From: a virus
Lineage: Duplodnaviria; Caudoviricetes
Strand: one strand, 5' to 3'
IMG/VR virus record: IMGVR_UViG_3300012346_000073
Location: 1 to 36,415 of that record
Length of the DNA stretch: 36,415 nucleotides
Below, in pieces: positions 34,145 through 36,415 of the stretch. The notes under the pieces were generated by a model. That model was not told the DNA's origin. It worked only from the letters and a program-made list of their open reading frames with translations, and searched no databases. Within the stretch, counting starts at the first letter, position 1; each line of letters starts with the position of its first letter. A program made the position numbers and the translations under genes.

Positions 34145-34683
34145 ATCACCACCTCGACTTTGTAGGGGCGCAGCAAGTTGGCGGCGCCAGACTTCTTGAT
34201 GGCGTCATTGGCATCGCATTGGCCTCGATGCTCGTACATGAAGGCCGCAATCATCATGATGGCCGTCTTGATGGCCGTTGGCACAGATGCCATGCCAGCG
34301 TTGTAGGTGATCGTGATTTCAGAGATTCCGTCCCAGCCATCAATGCGAATCTTGGCTGGCCGTCCAGTGCTGACGACTTCCCAGCACAGCGATGCGCACG
34401 CGCTTGACACCGATAGCACGCTAACCAGCGCAGTGAATGGAAGCTCAAAGATGCTCGACTGGTACCGCATTGGCGAGAGTTGCGCCTCAGCCCCAATGTT
34501 GTCGCCAATCTTCAAGACCCACTTTCGACGGATTAAATCTTGATTGATCCAATGGATGGCCGAATCCGTCGCAGAAACAAGCATCCCTTCCAGCAAAGGA
34601 TCGGTTGCATCAACGCCAATAAAAGCGGCCAGTTCGGCGGCAGTGACGGGCGATACTGTCTCAGTCTGAGGTGTTGCTTGCAT
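34141..34683 (-). CDS. Head-tail connector (HK97 gp6/SPP1 gp15-like)
   Basis: PVT.AEL..F, ITYNAG...VP.AIK.AI....A..YEHRG, LL.PYK. Confidence 0.88.
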   Translation of the reverse strand: MQATPQTETVSPVTAAELAAFIGVDATDPLLEGMLVSATDSAIHWINQDLIRRKWVLKIGDNIGAEAQLSPMRYQSSIFELPFTALVSVLSVSSACASLCWEVVSTGRPAKIRIDGWDGISEITITYNAGMASVPTAIKTAIMMIAAFMYEHRGQCDANDAIKKSGAANLLRPYKVEVVI

Positions 34684-34957
34684 CGTCTTTGCGTGGGCGA
34701 CCACGGCGTTTGGTTTCTTGTGGGCCGGTCACTTTCGTGATTTCGGGTCCGCTGACCTTTTCGACTTTCGGCTCAATGACTTCCGTCACCATTTGGACTT
34801 CGCCTGTCATGCTTGAAACTGCTCGGGTTACACTGACAGCCTGACCAAAATCAATCACGCCATTGACGGCCAATTGTCTTGCCATGTTGTCGTCGGCCTC
34901 AATCTGAGTTCCTTTGCGGCCAAGATGGCAATTGATTTTCAGAGTGTAAACAGTCAT
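34661..34957 (-). CDS. Small protein after capsid gene with AT-hook-like KRRGRPRK
   Basis: Start MTVYTL at 34957; G.....D...A.QL...G..D N-domain. Confidence 0.7.
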   Translation of the reverse strand: MTVYTLKINCHLGRKGTQIEADDNMARQLAVNGVIDFGQAVSVTRAVSSMTGEVQMVTEVIEPKVEKVSGPEITKVTGPQETKRRGRPRKDDASNTSD

Positions 34958-34969
34958 GGATAAACTTTC

Positions 34970-34999
34970 AGAAATGGGGCCAGCCAAATGACCGGCCCC
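34970..34999 (-). terminator. Intrinsic terminator-like hairpin after the capsid gene
   Basis: Minus strand GGGGCCGGUC-AUUU-GGCUGGCCCC followed by AUUUCU (weak U-tract). Confidence 0.65.
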
Positions 35000-35016
35000 T
35001 TGTTCCAGCTTACCGA

Positions 35017-36249
35017 TTACTCGGCAGCAACGTCAAACGAGCCCTTGGTGAAGGCTTTTGGCAGTTCGATACCAAAGCCATAGCGCTCCTCGGCCAAGAT
35101 GGCAACGCCGTTCTTGACGAAGTAATCGCTGTGCGACTCGCTGACACGGATGTCCATCTGCTCGCGGTCATAGATGGTTGCGCCCATGGTCCAGTCGCCC
35201 AACAAGAAGTCGCCTTGAGTCATTGCGTTGGACACGATGACGGGAACGCGCCACAGACGCTGTTCACCACCGTTGGGCACTGTCACCCAGATGTAGTGAC
35301 CGTCGCTGCCCTTGGCTGTTTCCAAGGTTTCCCAGTCGATGGGGTTCACCACCAAGCCGTTGATGTTGTAATACTCAAACGTCTGGCACTTGGTGATGGC
35401 CGCGCGGATGTGATTCAACATGGCGCCAGGCAAATCGGCGTCGGTTGTGCCGGTGGCGATTTCGCCAACGGTGGACACGCCAGAATCAACCATCAGGCCG
35501 GTGAGGCTTTGGTTTGTGCCAGCGCCGTACAGCAACTGGGTGTCGCTGAGCAGGTTCAAGCCATACATCAGCTTGGTGTCAACCAGACGCTGGAGCATTG
35601 GGGCGTCGGACAGCACTTGACGGCTGGCGGCGATCCAATGAGCCATGGTGCGAACGGGCACAGTGACCAATTCATATGTCAGGTTGGATTCAGCTTTGGA
35701 CTGGAATTCACCTGCGCCAATGGCGGTAGAGGCCGAGCTAGGCTGCTGGGGTGCGCTGTTGTTTGTGAACACGTTTTCGCGCATCACTTCAACGGCGTTG
35801 CTTGATGTTGGGATGCTGGTCAGCAGGTCGCGGATGAAGGCGGTGCGCTGAGCAGGAACAACCACATCGGCGCGGCGCTGAGGATTGACCAAAGCACCAG
35901 CAGAAGCTGCCAAGTTTGACAAAGCCTTGTTCACGCGCACAGAGTCGGTGCCGTTGCTGCGGGCGTTTTTGTAGGCGTTGGATTCGACAAATTGCTGACC
36001 CAGAGATTTGGATTCAGCAGCGCCGCCGAATTGGCGTTGTGCAGCTTTTTCCATTTCAATGACGCGAGCGTCAATGCGATCCATGTCACCCTTGATGGTG
36101 TCCAGGCGCTCGGTGGCCGATGTCAAAGCCTTGCGGGTAGCCTCAGTGGCTTCGCCGTATTGCTTGATTTCGCTGTCACGCTTGGAAACGGCAGCAGTGA
36201 TTTCGGACTTGACGGTGTCCAAGTGACCTTTGAGTTCGGAAATATCCAT
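35017..36249 (-). CDS. Major capsid protein, HK97 fold
   Basis: Coiled-coil delta domain, IRDLL, E...KAES, TMAHWI.ASRQVL.DAP.L, LWRVPVI, F.KN...ILAEER; ATG 36249 with GGAG RBS. Confidence 0.96.
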   Translation of the reverse strand: MDISELKGHLDTVKSEITAAVSKRDSEIKQYGEATEATRKALTSATERLDTIKGDMDRIDARVIEMEKAAQRQFGGAAESKSLGQQFVESNAYKNARSNGTDSVRVNKALSNLAASAGALVNPQRRADVVVPAQRTAFIRDLLTSIPTSSNAVEVMRENVFTNNSAPQQPSSASTAIGAGEFQSKAESNLTYELVTVPVRTMAHWIAASRQVLSDAPMLQRLVDTKLMYGLNLLSDTQLLYGAGTNQSLTGLMVDSGVSTVGEIATGTTDADLPGAMLNHIRAAITKCQTFEYYNINGLVVNPIDWETLETAKGSDGHYIWVTVPNGGEQRLWRVPVIVSNAMTQGDFLLGDWTMGATIYDREQMDIRVSESHSDYFVKNGVAILAEERYGFGIELPKAFTKGSFDVAAE

Positions 36250-36415
36250 GATTTTCTCCAGTTTAGATTCGGGCCAGATCGCCCAGTGCAGAATCAATCA
36301 AGCTCTTAACCTGATCGACAGACAATGGCGGCTGTCCCTTGGATTGAGTGCCTTGCAGCGGCTCACCCTTCAACAGTGCCGTAATGCTGAACAACTCGTC
36401 CAGCAATTCTTTTTT
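35564..36415. repeat. Terminal direct repeat, copy 2
   Basis: Matches 1-852. Confidence 0.97.

Overview
Apparently complete genome of a small lambdoid/HK97-type siphovirus. Bases 1-852 are repeated at 35564-36415, giving a 35,563-bp unit. The host is probably a betaproteobacterium (inference from RdgC, SSB, XRE and small-gene families). Almost all genes are on the minus strand: XRE regulator, ssb, nin-like genes, RusA, a fused SF2 helicase-DNA methyltransferase, O/P-like replication genes, many small early genes, glutaredoxin, terS/terL, an inserted ~4-kb fibre cassette, portal, MuF, protease, capsid, neck/tail genes (with a -1 frameshifted chaperone) and lysis genes. One divergent plus-strand operon encodes an ERF annealase, exonuclease, pentapeptide-repeat protein, RdgC and a MazG-like protein. 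No integrase, tRNA, CRISPR array or reverse transcriptase was seen. The most striking unexplained signal is a ~110-nt leader RNA present twice, before the helicase-methylase and before the replication initiator. In each copy the 7-nt loop of a 5' hairpin is exactly complementary to the 7-nt loop of a downstream terminator hairpin, and the two copies use different, co-varying loop codes. Two further structured intergenic RNAs (one with a loop-E motif) and recurring promoter motifs were also found. All family calls are from motif recognition by eye; no searches were run.
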